In this document: piece by piece, positions 10,892-20,450 of the stretch | Layout of the letters: every line of letters begins with the position of its first letter | Numbering within the stretch: the stretch's first letter is position 1 | Assembly: GCA_031417555.1 (NCBI GenBank) | Contig: JANOVV010000028.1 | Span: forward strand, 9,914 to 73,913 | DNA length: 64,000 nt | Direction of reading: 5' to 3' | Source: Bacteroidota bacterium | GTDB taxonomy: Bacteria; Bacteroidota; Bacteroidia; AKYH767-A; 2013-40CM-41-45 | Translations under genes and position numbers: made by a program | The notes under the pieces: generated by a model | Database searches by the model: none | What the model saw: only the letters and a program-made list of their open reading frames with translations | What the model was told of the DNA's origin: nothing

Positions 10892-12067
10892 TTAAAAGAT
10901 CGTTTTGATTTTTACCAAATCACCTTTTTTAAATACTTCTTTTTCTTCTTCTAATTCAACCAGGCAATCTGCAACTGCAAAAGAATTCAGCATATAACTT
11001 TCCTGATTTTCTAAAATAATTACTCTTTGCTCTCCTGTTTTTCCTTTAAGAAAAAAAGTCAACCCTGATTTTTTATTATAATCTTCTGCAAGTGGTAACA
11101 ACGTTTTTTTAAAATATTCCTTTTTAGTAAAAGTGCTGATAGCATCAACGACATATTCATAAAAACAACTCATTACTGCTGCAGGATTCCCGGGTAGAGC
11201 GAATATTAATGTTTGATTGTACTTGCCAAAATAAAACGGTTTGCCTGGTTTTTGTTTGACTTTATGAAATATTTTTTTTACTCCGCATTTTTCAAGCACT
11301 GCAGGTACTAAATCATAATCACCGACAGAAACACCGCCTGTTAGAATGAGGATATCTGAATTCAGTTGATGTTTTATTGCATTCATTAATTCTTCTTCAG
11401 AATCATCTACTATTTCAACGGAAACCGGTTTAATATTAATTTGTTGTAATGCTGATTCCAGGCCAATAGCATTGGATTCGAAAATTTTCCCTTTCGTTAA
11501 TTCTTGGCCTGCTTTTATTAACTCTTTGCCGGTTGCAAGAATGCTTATCGTTGGTTTTGAAAAAATTTTAACATGAGCAATACCAAGCCCCGACAAATAG
11601 GAAATTGCCGGCGGCATTAACAACTGGCCTTGTTTCAAAGCTGTTTCCCCTTGTTTAATTTGCGAACCTTGTAATCTGACATTATTTCCTTTCAATAAAT
11701 GTTCATCATTAATAATAATTTTATTGCCAGTTATTTCTATTTTTTCCTGCATTACTACGGTATCTGAGCCATTAGGAATTGGCGCTCCGGTAAAAATTCT
11801 TAAAGTTTCAGCAGGGTTTAAAATTAAATTTGAAAAATCACCTGCTTGTATTTCTCCTTTTATAAATAATTCGTTTTTCTTATTCCTATTGTCATAAGAA
11901 AAAGCATAACCATCTACGGCTGATTGATGGAAGGGTGGAGAATCAATGGGTGATATAATATTTTCAGCAAGGATACATCCATTGGCCTCCAATAATGTAA
12001 CCGTTTCAATTCTTGATTGATTGCAATTTTCCAGAATTAGTTTTATTGCTTCAGTTACATTTATCAT
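10892..12067 (-). CDS. moeA: Molybdopterin molybdotransferase
   Basis: PPFHQSAVDGYA, RIFTGAP, TGGVSVGDYD, KPGKP and LPGNP motifs. Likely start is ATG 12067 (MINVTEA). Confidence 0.93.
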   Translation of the reverse strand: MINVTEAIKLILENCNQSRIETVTLLEANGCILAENIISPIDSPPFHQSAVDGYAFSYDNRNKKNELFIKGEIQAGDFSNLILNPAETLRIFTGAPIPNGSDTVVMQEKIEITGNKIIINDEHLLKGNNVRLQGSQIKQGETALKQGQLLMPPAISYLSGLGIAHVKIFSKPTISILATGKELIKAGQELTKGKIFESNAIGLESALQQINIKPVSVEIVDDSEEELMNAIKHQLNSDILILTGGVSVGDYDLVPAVLEKCGVKKIFHKVKQKPGKPFYFGKYNQTLIFALPGNPAAVMSCFYEYVVDAISTFTKKEYFKKTLLPLAEDYNKKSGLTFFLKGKTGEQRVIILENQESYMLNSFAVADCLVELEEEKEVFKKGDLVKIKTIF

Positions 12068-12119
12068 TTGTGTTGCATTTATCGATATGCCGTGAAAAGA
12101 ATAACGGTTAATAAAAAAA

Positions 12120-13100
12120 TCATCCTCCAATGTTAATCATACTACGGTTTGTAATTTTTGATGCGTCAATTTGTTGATACTCCCCTTCAAATTGTCCGCC
12201 TAATGCCTCCGCTTTATTTACCACACATTGCTTAATTAACGGAACAATATCATCACCGTTTCGCAAGGCACTTAATATGTCAACTTCTCCTTTTGAAAAT
12301 AAACAATTTTTCATTTTACCATCGGCAGTCAATCGCATTCTGTTGCAGTTTCCGCAAAAGGGAGCACTCATTGTACTGATTATTGCAAACGTGCCCTCAT
12401 GATTATAGGGTTTGTATTTTTTAGCAGTCTCATTCAGGCCATCTTTCATTCTAAGAAAACTATATTTAGATTCGGCAACTTCTAAAATTTCCCTAAAGCT
12501 GAATACTTTTTTATCATTCCATTGATTGCCATTGAAAGGCATAAATTCTATGAACCTCACATGAACCGGTTGATTTTTTGTCCATTCGATAAAATCTATT
12601 ATTTCATTGTCGTTAATGCCGCGCATAATTACACAATTCACTTTCACATGAAATCCTTCGTCGATAAGTAACTGTATATTGTTCCATACTTTTTGAAAAA
12701 TATTTCTTCTGGTAATAATCAAAAACTTTTCAGCATTAAGAGTATCGAGACTTACATTGATAGATTTTATGCCTGATTTTTTAAAAACCGGAAGAAAGTC
12801 ATTTGCCTTAGAACCATTGGTAGTCAAAGTCAGCTCTACCGGATATTTTGAAAGCGCTGTTAAAACATCTTCTGCATCTTTTCTTTGAAGAGGTTCTCCG
12901 CCAGTGAGTCTTATTTTTTTAACACCCAATTTTACAAAAACACCGGCGATAGTATCAATTTCATCTGCCTGCATAAGTTTTGCTGATGGCATAAACCGGA
13001 TATTTTCTTCAGGCATGCAATATTGACACCTGAAATTGCAAACATCTGTAAGAGATATTCGCAGGTAATCGTGTTGCCTTCCAAAATTATCGTATAACAT
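12120..13100 (-). CDS. moaA: GTP 3',8-cyclase (radical SAM)
   Basis: YLRISLTDVCNFRCQYCMP, C-terminal CxxC...C cluster and terminal IGG. Confidence 0.96.
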   Translation of the reverse strand: MLYDNFGRQHDYLRISLTDVCNFRCQYCMPEENIRFMPSAKLMQADEIDTIAGVFVKLGVKKIRLTGGEPLQRKDAEDVLTALSKYPVELTLTTNGSKANDFLPVFKKSGIKSINVSLDTLNAEKFLIITRRNIFQKVWNNIQLLIDEGFHVKVNCVIMRGINDNEIIDFIEWTKNQPVHVRFIEFMPFNGNQWNDKKVFSFREILEVAESKYSFLRMKDGLNETAKKYKPYNHEGTFAIISTMSAPFCGNCNRMRLTADGKMKNCLFSKGEVDILSALRNGDDIVPLIKQCVVNKAEALGGQFEGEYQQIDASKITNRSMINIGG

Positions 13101-13154
13101 AATTTATTTATATTCTTAAACTGAAATAGATATTTAATTATTTAAAATACTCTC

Positions 13155-13162
13155 CAAAGTTA
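13155..13162 (-). promoter_or_regulatory. Canonical Bacteroidota -7 box (TAACTTTG) for the moa cluster
   Basis: Exact TAnnTTTG match 55 bp upstream of moaA. Confidence 0.55.
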
Positions 13163-13326
13163 ATCAATTACACACGGACTTAGAAGTCGATATCAAAGAT
13201 TAACTATTTTCAGATGGAAGTCTAATTTCGATTTTAAAAAGGTTGAAAAGAACATAAAACTTTGTTATGTTTGTTTCTATATTCTGGTTATTAATTTTAT
13301 CTAAAGTAAATAAATATTCTTTATCT

Positions 13327-14058
13327 ATGAAAACTTCTTTGAACACTATTATTATTGCCCTCGCAATACTTTTTACTGCTTTGATATTCTCCAATGCTTT
13401 TAGAAACAGAAATAAATCGAGCAATACAATTTCTGTAACCGGTTTAGGCAGCAAGGATTTTGTTTCTGACCTGATTGTATGGAGCGGATCTTTTATCAGA
13501 AAAAGCCTGATACTTAAAGAGGCTTATGCTGAACTGGATAAGGACAGAGAAAAAATTAATACTTATTTACTTTCAAAAGGAATTAAAGCAGATAATGTTG
13601 TTTTTTCCGCAATTGATATAAATAAAGAATTCGATGAGCTTTATGATGATACCGGTAGAAAAACAAAATCAATTTTCACAGGTTACAAGCTTAGCCAGAA
13701 TGTACAAATAGAATCAGGTGAAGTTGATAAAGTAGAAGGAATATCCAGACAAGTCAGCGAACTGATAAATTCGGGAATTGAATTTTATTCGAATCCTCCT
13801 CAATATTACTATACAAAATTAGCCGAGCTGAAAATTGAAATGATTGCACAAGCAACCAAAGATGCAAATTCGCGCGCAATTAAAATTGCAGAGAATGCAG
13901 GAAGTGGAGTAGGGCGATTGAAAAAAGCAGACATGGGTGTTTTTCAGATAGTCGCACAAAATTCTTCGGAAGAATATTCGTGGGGCGGATCATTTAATAC
14001 TGCATCAAAGAGAAAAACAGCAACTATAACTGTAAAACTCGATTATGAAACAGAATAA
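13327..14058 (+). CDS. SIMPL (DUF541) family protein
   Basis: N-terminal hydrophobic helix; ISVTGLG, KIEMIAQATKDA..RA..IA and GVFQI motifs. Likely start is ATG 13327. Confidence 0.85.
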   Translation: MKTSLNTIIIALAILFTALIFSNAFRNRNKSSNTISVTGLGSKDFVSDLIVWSGSFIRKSLILKEAYAELDKDREKINTYLLSKGIKADNVVFSAIDINKEFDELYDDTGRKTKSIFTGYKLSQNVQIESGEVDKVEGISRQVSELINSGIEFYSNPPQYYYTKLAELKIEMIAQATKDANSRAIKIAENAGSGVGRLKKADMGVFQIVAQNSSEEYSWGGSFNTASKRKTATITVKLDYETE

Positions 14059-14073
14059 TTTTTTTAAATAATC

Positions 14074-16476
14074 TTATCGTATCACAACAACATTTTTACG
14101 ATTGATTACCTGATTATCTGCCGTCATCAACATAAATGTATAAATGCCCGGTGACAATTGAATATTCTTTTTCTGTTTGGCTGATACAAAATCATTTCTG
14201 ATTATAAATCTTCCTGTCATATCAATTACATTCAGAAAATAATTTCCCTCAAGTTCACTTATCGTAATTTCTCCTCCGGATGGAACAGGATAAATGGAAA
14301 CTAAATCTTTTTCTATCGTTGTAATCAAATCACAAATATCCACGATGATATTTATTGAATCGTTTCCGGCTGCACCATTTGCATCTGTTACTGTTACGCC
14401 AACTGTTGTCGAGCCTAGAGAAGTAGTTGATATATTTATATACTGATTCACTGAACCGTCTGTCCAGACATAACTAGAATAATTTGCACCTGCATCAATA
14501 GTAATTGAATCACCAATACATACAAGAGTGTCTGTACCTAGATCAAAATGCAAACTAATTGTATCGAAATTGGCTACCCATACCGTATCATTCACCGGTG
14601 TGGCGAATGTTTGTGTAAGTGGTCCGCCATTGTCCCAGTTTGTGAATAACCAGTTTTTCTGTCCGGATAACTGTGAAATAGGAGCACTGATTGTTCTTAA
14701 CATTCCTTCGACGCCCAAAACAGAATGAGGTGTGGTAAAAGGCGTTCCATCAAGATTTAAAGTAAATCCCGAAGGTTGTGTATTAAGTGTAAATGTCGAA
14801 GTCCGTGGATGTACATCAACAAAAGCTGAATCAACAGAACCATCTTGGTCATGTACAATCAAATAAATTCTGTAGAAAACATCGGCAGCAGATTCTCCTG
14901 TATTTGGGATAGTAAAAGATCCGGAACTGACACTGTCTGGTACATTTGGACCCGGATGAAAGTGCGTGTTATGGTGAAATTCAACAACCCATTCAAACAA
15001 ACTGTCTGGCAGATTTCCATCTTCGGGATCAACAGCTGATCCACTAAAATGTATAATTTCTCCGGCGGTGTAAAACGAATTTACTAATGGTGTATCAACC
15101 GAAGCCACCGGTGGTTGATTGGCTATTACCGTTAAATGTGCATTGTTACTAGTTGTACTTCCAAATGTATTTGTAACAACTACATTGTAATTCCCTGAAT
15201 CACTAAAAGCAACTGTTGGTATTGTAAAATCGATACTAGTAGCGCCATTGATTGGAGTAGTGCCTTTCCTCCATTGATAAGTTAATGGCGTTGCACCGCT
15301 TGTAGTAACTGAAAAAGTAACAGGATGATTGACGGAAATAGTCTGACTTAATGGATCCGTTAAAACTAATGGAGATGGTACAACTGTGTATGTAATTTTA
15401 TACAATGCTTCATTATTACGGGAAACAAAATACAAATTGCCATCAAGACCGGTTAACATACCTACTGAATAATTGGCGATGTTTGTTGCAAAATTTGACC
15501 ACACAGGTGGATTGGTTAGAGAAATCATATTAATCCAATTGCCGCAATAATCTATATAAAAATATTTGTCGTTATATTCCGGTGGATAGTTTGTTGAAAC
15601 AGGGTTAAAAAATGTTCCTCCGGTAATAGCGCAACCTTTATCCACAGTCGTTCCGTGTTGGTATGCAAAGAAAGGGTTTGTAAATGCAGGATTATTACTG
15701 TTTCCTTCGGCAGTCGCCCAACCGAAATTTTTTCCACCTGTTGTTGCTTCATTAATTTCTTCCCAGGTTACATCACCTACATCATTTAAAAACATTCTTC
15801 CTGTACCACGTTGAAAAGAAAATGTGAATGGATTCCGCAAACCATAAGCCCATACACGATCTCTTTTTCCAGGGCCCGGAAATGGATTATCTGATGGAAC
15901 CGTACCATCGGAATTAATACGAAGAATTTTTCCAAGATAAGTATCAAGTTGCTGCGCTTTATATGTTCTTCCGTTTTCACCGGCAGAGATATACAATTTA
16001 CCATCCGGGCCAAAATCCAAGTGACCACCACCGTGATAATTTGCAATCAATGAATCCAATTCCATTACTGTAACTTCACTTCCCGGAACAACCGTGTCGC
16101 CACTGGCCGTAAAACGACTTACCCGATTAAATGATCCATCAGGTAATGAATAACAAAGATAGATGTATTGATTGGTCGCAAATGCAGGATCCAAAGCCAC
16201 TCCAAGTAAGCCGCGTTCACCATTGACACTAACATTAAGTGATATAAAGGGTTTTGATAGTTTAACACCATTTTTAACTACAAACAATAAGCCGTTTTGC
16301 TGTGCAATGAAAAACCTGCCGTCAGGAGCCTGAGTTAACGTTGTAGCACCCGAAATTCCTGCTGCTACCAGTACCTGATTGAATCCCGGAGGTAGCGTAA
16401 CCTGTGCATTGGTTTTACTATTGATAAATAAAAAAGCTGCCATTGCAGCAATAATTAGTATTGATTTAATGCTCAT
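14074..16476 (-). CDS. PQQ-dependent glucose/sorbosone dehydrogenase-family protein with Ig-like domains and a T9SS CTD
   Basis: GERGLLG, H.GG...FGPDGKLY, GKILRIN.DG..P.DNPF and YGLRNP motifs; Ig motif YQWRK...DSGNY; CTD begins IYPVP. Confidence 0.88.
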   Translation of the reverse strand: MSIKSILIIAAMAAFLFINSKTNAQVTLPPGFNQVLVAAGISGATTLTQAPDGRFFIAQQNGLLFVVKNGVKLSKPFISLNVSVNGERGLLGVALDPAFATNQYIYLCYSLPDGSFNRVSRFTASGDTVVPGSEVTVMELDSLIANYHGGGHLDFGPDGKLYISAGENGRTYKAQQLDTYLGKILRINSDGTVPSDNPFPGPGKRDRVWAYGLRNPFTFSFQRGTGRMFLNDVGDVTWEEINEATTGGKNFGWATAEGNSNNPAFTNPFFAYQHGTTVDKGCAITGGTFFNPVSTNYPPEYNDKYFYIDYCGNWINMISLTNPPVWSNFATNIANYSVGMLTGLDGNLYFVSRNNEALYKITYTVVPSPLVLTDPLSQTISVNHPVTFSVTTSGATPLTYQWRKGTTPINGATSIDFTIPTVAFSDSGNYNVVVTNTFGSTTSNNAHLTVIANQPPVASVDTPLVNSFYTAGEIIHFSGSAVDPEDGNLPDSLFEWVVEFHHNTHFHPGPNVPDSVSSGSFTIPNTGESAADVFYRIYLIVHDQDGSVDSAFVDVHPRTSTFTLNTQPSGFTLNLDGTPFTTPHSVLGVEGMLRTISAPISQLSGQKNWLFTNWDNGGPLTQTFATPVNDTVWVANFDTISLHFDLGTDTLVCIGDSITIDAGANYSSYVWTDGSVNQYINISTTSLGSTTVGVTVTDANGAAGNDSINIIVDICDLITTIEKDLVSIYPVPSGGEITISELEGNYFLNVIDMTGRFIIRNDFVSAKQKKNIQLSPGIYTFMLMTADNQVINRKNVVVIR

Positions 16477-16948
16477 TGGAATGATTTAAATAAGGATTTG
16501 GGAAAATGATTTCTGAATATCAAGTAATAATTATGAGTGCATTATTTAATTCAAAATAAATTAGAATAGAGATCACTCTGAATTTTAAAATGTATGATTA
16601 AAATTGCTTCGATAAAGGTACTACATCGATTTAATATAAGAGCTAATTCTTTGTTTTTTATTAACGGTTTTATGAACGATATTAGCCTTAATAAGGTAAT
16701 TTGTCCAAATATAAGAGGCTTCAAAAGCTCTTTCCTTCAATTATTAATGAAAAGTTTCGTATCTCACAGGTAATACCAATATGATTAGGACAAATATATC
16801 CATCCTGAGTTTATACTCCTGAAAAGTGAATAAATAATTAGCTCTTGATGTTTTTTCCAGTTTAAAAAAAATACAAAGTTTTTTAACGTAACGAAAATTT
16901 TCGAAATACTTTTCGACCGGAATTAGTTAGATAAAAAAATTACCTTTT

Positions 16949-19276
16949 TTAAAATTTTGCTCCTACAGAAATATATATTGATCTTCCATCAGACGGCAAT
17001 GCACCGGGTCCGGGTATTGAAGGAGCACGACGTGTAACGTAGGTACTGTTAAAGAGATTGTTAATCCCTGCTTTGAAATTCAGATTATTATTTAATGTTA
17101 AAGCAGAACTTAAATCTGAAACGGAATACGCAGAAATCAAGCCTGTCTGTGCTGTTACATCTGATAGTGTATTATTGGCATCTGTATAAGCTTCATCAAC
17201 ATAACTAAACTGATAGGTAACTGATAGGTTTTTGTATTCTGTCGTTATTCCTGTCCTTAAAATATTTTTCGGAGCATTTTCAACTTTGTGATTTTTAAAA
17301 TTAGTTTCTTTTAATGAGTTTGTTACATCATCAATGGAGATTATTTTAAAGTTTCCATAGCGCGCATCGGTATAACTGTATGAAACAAAAGTTCTGAAGT
17401 TTACAAGTGGCCTGTCTCCTGAAAATAGTAGCGGACTTATTTCAACCATCCCTTCAAAACCTTTGCTAATGCTCTCACCGACATTAGTTCTATAATTGTA
17501 AAAGCTTCCGTCAATGCTTTGTTGTTTAATTATACCTATTCGATTATCATAATGAAGCAAAAAGCCGCTCATGTCAAAAAGTAAAAAGTCTTCAATCTTC
17601 CCACGATAACCAAAGTCGAAATTAAATCCTTTCGAATCTTTCATATCGGGGTCTGAAATCTCTGTTTCCGGAGAAACCGTTACGTCATAAAATAACATAG
17701 GACGATAAGCCTGTGAAAAATTGGAATACAATTTTGTTGCTTCGGTGAGCAAATATTCAGTTCCTATTCCGGCAAGTATGAAATCCCTTTTTCGTTTTTC
17801 TTTTTTGATAAATACTTCTTCCTGGTTGGAATTAAAATATAATCTTCCACCGGCATTCATGACAATATGTTCGAAACGCACTCCGGGAATTACTGAGAAT
17901 TTATTATTTATTCTGATGAGATTTTCAATGAAAGCAGCAGCATTGGCAGTTGTCAAATTGAGATCTTGATTTTTCTGAATAAAATTCATATTAAAATCAA
18001 TTCCCTGATCACCTACTCCTAATCTTGATCTATCAGTATTTCCAAGATAATATCGTACTCCGGCAGATACAGTGTTTTTTATATTTAAGACAGAATAGTC
18101 GGTAAGGAATCTTGCCTCAGAACCAAAATTGGTATAGAGGTCCTGATCTACTTGCCGGTTATCATATTGTAATGTGAGAGGGTTGATGGAATCTTTAATA
18201 GTAATGGGTTTTAAATAGCCGATGTTTCCCCGGTCTGCAAACACACCAAATACTTTCATGTTTAAGCGTGTATTTGTATTCTTGTCGAATAGATAATTTC
18301 CAATTAAAGCTGCAGTCGTCCATTTAATATCAAGCCAATTACGGCTGCGTAAACTTTGACGCGCATCTTGTTTTATTTGTTCATCGGTAAGTCCACCGGG
18401 TTGTTTGCTGCGGATGTGTGAATGCATCAATTCGCCGGTAATTGAAAATTTTTCATTGAAACGGTAGGTAAAATTTCCAAAACCGACATTTGTATAATAT
18501 TGACTATTCTCACGCCATCCGTTTGAATTGCGGTGATCGAAAAAACTGTAGTAATGAAATTTTTTTGTCTCGCCGCCTACGGCATTGTATATATTGAAGA
18601 GTCCATTACTCCCAATTGTTTGTTGTGTTTCATACTGGAAAGGTTTGTCAATCTCTGAACCATTCTTTAGTATATAATTGACCATTCCACCGAATTGAGG
18701 ACCGTATTGAAGTGCTGCTTGTCCTCTGACAATTTCTATACGTTGTACGGCTTGCATCTGAGGATTATAATAAGCTTCAGGATAACCGAATGGATCTGCA
18801 ACGATATCGTAACCATTTTGTCTCACATTAAATTCCCAACTGCGGTTAGGGCTTAGTCCACGTGTAGAAATTCCTATTTGAATTCCACTGCCGTCACTTT
18901 CCCAAATTTGAATACCGGGAACTTTTGCAAGAACTTGTCGCATGGTATTGTTTACTATATTTCCCTGGACATTTTCCATAACGACAAGAGAACTTTTTTT
19001 CCCTGCATAGATATTAGTACCTACGATTTCCGGCATCTGCTGAATATCCGTTCGGCTCTTATACCCAACCAAAGTAATTTCTTTTAGATAAATTATACTT
19101 GAAATAATTGAATCAATATTCAATATTTCACTTTGAGCAGAATTTTCTTTTTCTGAAAAAGTAGTATTCAAAAGATTTTCTTTCGGATCAATTTTATTCG
19201 ATCCTATAGATTCTTTTTGAGAATAAACCTGAAGAGTAAATGAATAGAATACAAGGAGAAAACTGATTATTTTCAT
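16949..19276 (-). CDS. TonB-dependent receptor (FecA-like)
   Basis: Plug motifs RGLSPNRS and RIEIVRG...YGPQFGG; C-terminal NNLFN...GR and terminal Phe. Confidence 0.9.
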   Translation of the reverse strand: MKIISFLLVFYSFTLQVYSQKESIGSNKIDPKENLLNTTFSEKENSAQSEILNIDSIISSIIYLKEITLVGYKSRTDIQQMPEIVGTNIYAGKKSSLVVMENVQGNIVNNTMRQVLAKVPGIQIWESDGSGIQIGISTRGLSPNRSWEFNVRQNGYDIVADPFGYPEAYYNPQMQAVQRIEIVRGQAALQYGPQFGGMVNYILKNGSEIDKPFQYETQQTIGSNGLFNIYNAVGGETKKFHYYSFFDHRNSNGWRENSQYYTNVGFGNFTYRFNEKFSITGELMHSHIRSKQPGGLTDEQIKQDARQSLRSRNWLDIKWTTAALIGNYLFDKNTNTRLNMKVFGVFADRGNIGYLKPITIKDSINPLTLQYDNRQVDQDLYTNFGSEARFLTDYSVLNIKNTVSAGVRYYLGNTDRSRLGVGDQGIDFNMNFIQKNQDLNLTTANAAAFIENLIRINNKFSVIPGVRFEHIVMNAGGRLYFNSNQEEVFIKKEKRKRDFILAGIGTEYLLTEATKLYSNFSQAYRPMLFYDVTVSPETEISDPDMKDSKGFNFDFGYRGKIEDFLLFDMSGFLLHYDNRIGIIKQQSIDGSFYNYRTNVGESISKGFEGMVEISPLLFSGDRPLVNFRTFVSYSYTDARYGNFKIISIDDVTNSLKETNFKNHKVENAPKNILRTGITTEYKNLSVTYQFSYVDEAYTDANNTLSDVTAQTGLISAYSVSDLSSALTLNNNLNFKAGINNLFNSTYVTRRAPSIPGPGALPSDGRSIYISVGAKF

Positions 19277-19487
19277 CCTTATTTTTACATATATGGTGCT
19301 CTATTGTTTCGGAATAAAAAAGGGAATTTTAATTAAATCCTTACAGTTTATTTACAGTTTTTTAAGACCGCAATATTTTTGTTTAATGTCTTAAATTAAA
19401 TAATTCTAGTATGTAGGAAATATTCAAAAAATTGTTGTTTAAATATCTCAATTTTTAAAAAAAATTAACCAAATTATTATTTAACCA

Positions 19488-20432
19488 TCAAAATATTCCA
19501 GCTTCTATTGATAGTTGTTGAAGTTGTTGTAATGATTTATTCTCCTTCAAATCAAAGGTATCAGAATTTTCTTCCCACCACCAAAAGTGAAAATATATTC
19601 TGGCTAATAGAAGTCTATTTTCAAATTCACTTTCGTTAAAAATTCCTTTAGGCCATCTGCTTTTTTTATAGGCATCTATAGCAGCTTTTGTATTCTCTAT
19701 ATCCCATCCTTCAATTAAACTTGCAAGATCAATTTCTCCAGCCGCAAATGCAGTTGATTCCCAATCAACCGGATAAATCATACCTTCTCGTAGCAATATA
19801 TTTCTAGGGTAATATTCTCCATGTATTATTGTTTGATCACCTTCAATTAAACACTTTATATTTTCATTATAGTAATTTGCTAAACCATTTAACCATGGGA
19901 AATTATTATGATGAATTTTTGTAGAATTCCGGAATCGTTCGGACCAGAAAAAATAATAATCTCTATCGTAAATTTTTATATGGTCAGAAAATTTGTTTTC
20001 GTAAATAGTATGAAATTTGCCAATCCAAGTGGCTGCTTTTATCAATGCATCAGGATCGTCGGAATATAACATTCGCAGTTTTTCACCCAGGTATTCTATA
20101 ACTAGTAATAAATCATCATTATGGTCAAGACGACATTGGCCAAAATATTTTATTTTAGAAAGAGGTATCCTTTCAAGTATGTGTTCGTATATTTTGGCCT
20201 CATATTCCAGGCCTCCACGGTGACCAAAATTATTGGGTCCCATACCTGCAAGGTATTTGCAAAACAAATTTAAAATTTTTCCTTGGCTGGTTCGACAAAC
20301 TACAATTTCAACCGGGAATGTGCTACTTTCAATATAATTTGATCGTGAAATAATTTTTACCTCAGCGTGATTATTTTCAATCATTGATGATAAATGCTGA
20401 GCAAGTATTTCGTTATTTGGAAATGTATACAT
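19488..20432 (-). CDS. APH/choline-kinase-like phosphotransferase
   Basis: IIHGEYYPRNIL and VDWE...GEIDLASL motifs. Confidence 0.7.
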   Translation of the reverse strand: MYTFPNNEILAQHLSSMIENNHAEVKIISRSNYIESSTFPVEIVVCRTSQGKILNLFCKYLAGMGPNNFGHRGGLEYEAKIYEHILERIPLSKIKYFGQCRLDHNDDLLLVIEYLGEKLRMLYSDDPDALIKAATWIGKFHTIYENKFSDHIKIYDRDYYFFWSERFRNSTKIHHNNFPWLNGLANYYNENIKCLIEGDQTIIHGEYYPRNILLREGMIYPVDWESTAFAAGEIDLASLIEGWDIENTKAAIDAYKKSRWPKGIFNESEFENRLLLARIYFHFWWWEENSDTFDLKENKSLQQLQQLSIEAGIF

Positions 20433-20450
20433 TGAATATTACATGCTTTT

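Noticed and set aside
7802-13100. Moco cluster as a novel system
   Set aside because: It is a standard gene set; only the modE remnant is notable.
19488-20432. Aminoglycoside resistance gene
   Set aside because: Only fold-level APH motifs are present, the catalytic Asp is replaced, and the context is biosynthetic.
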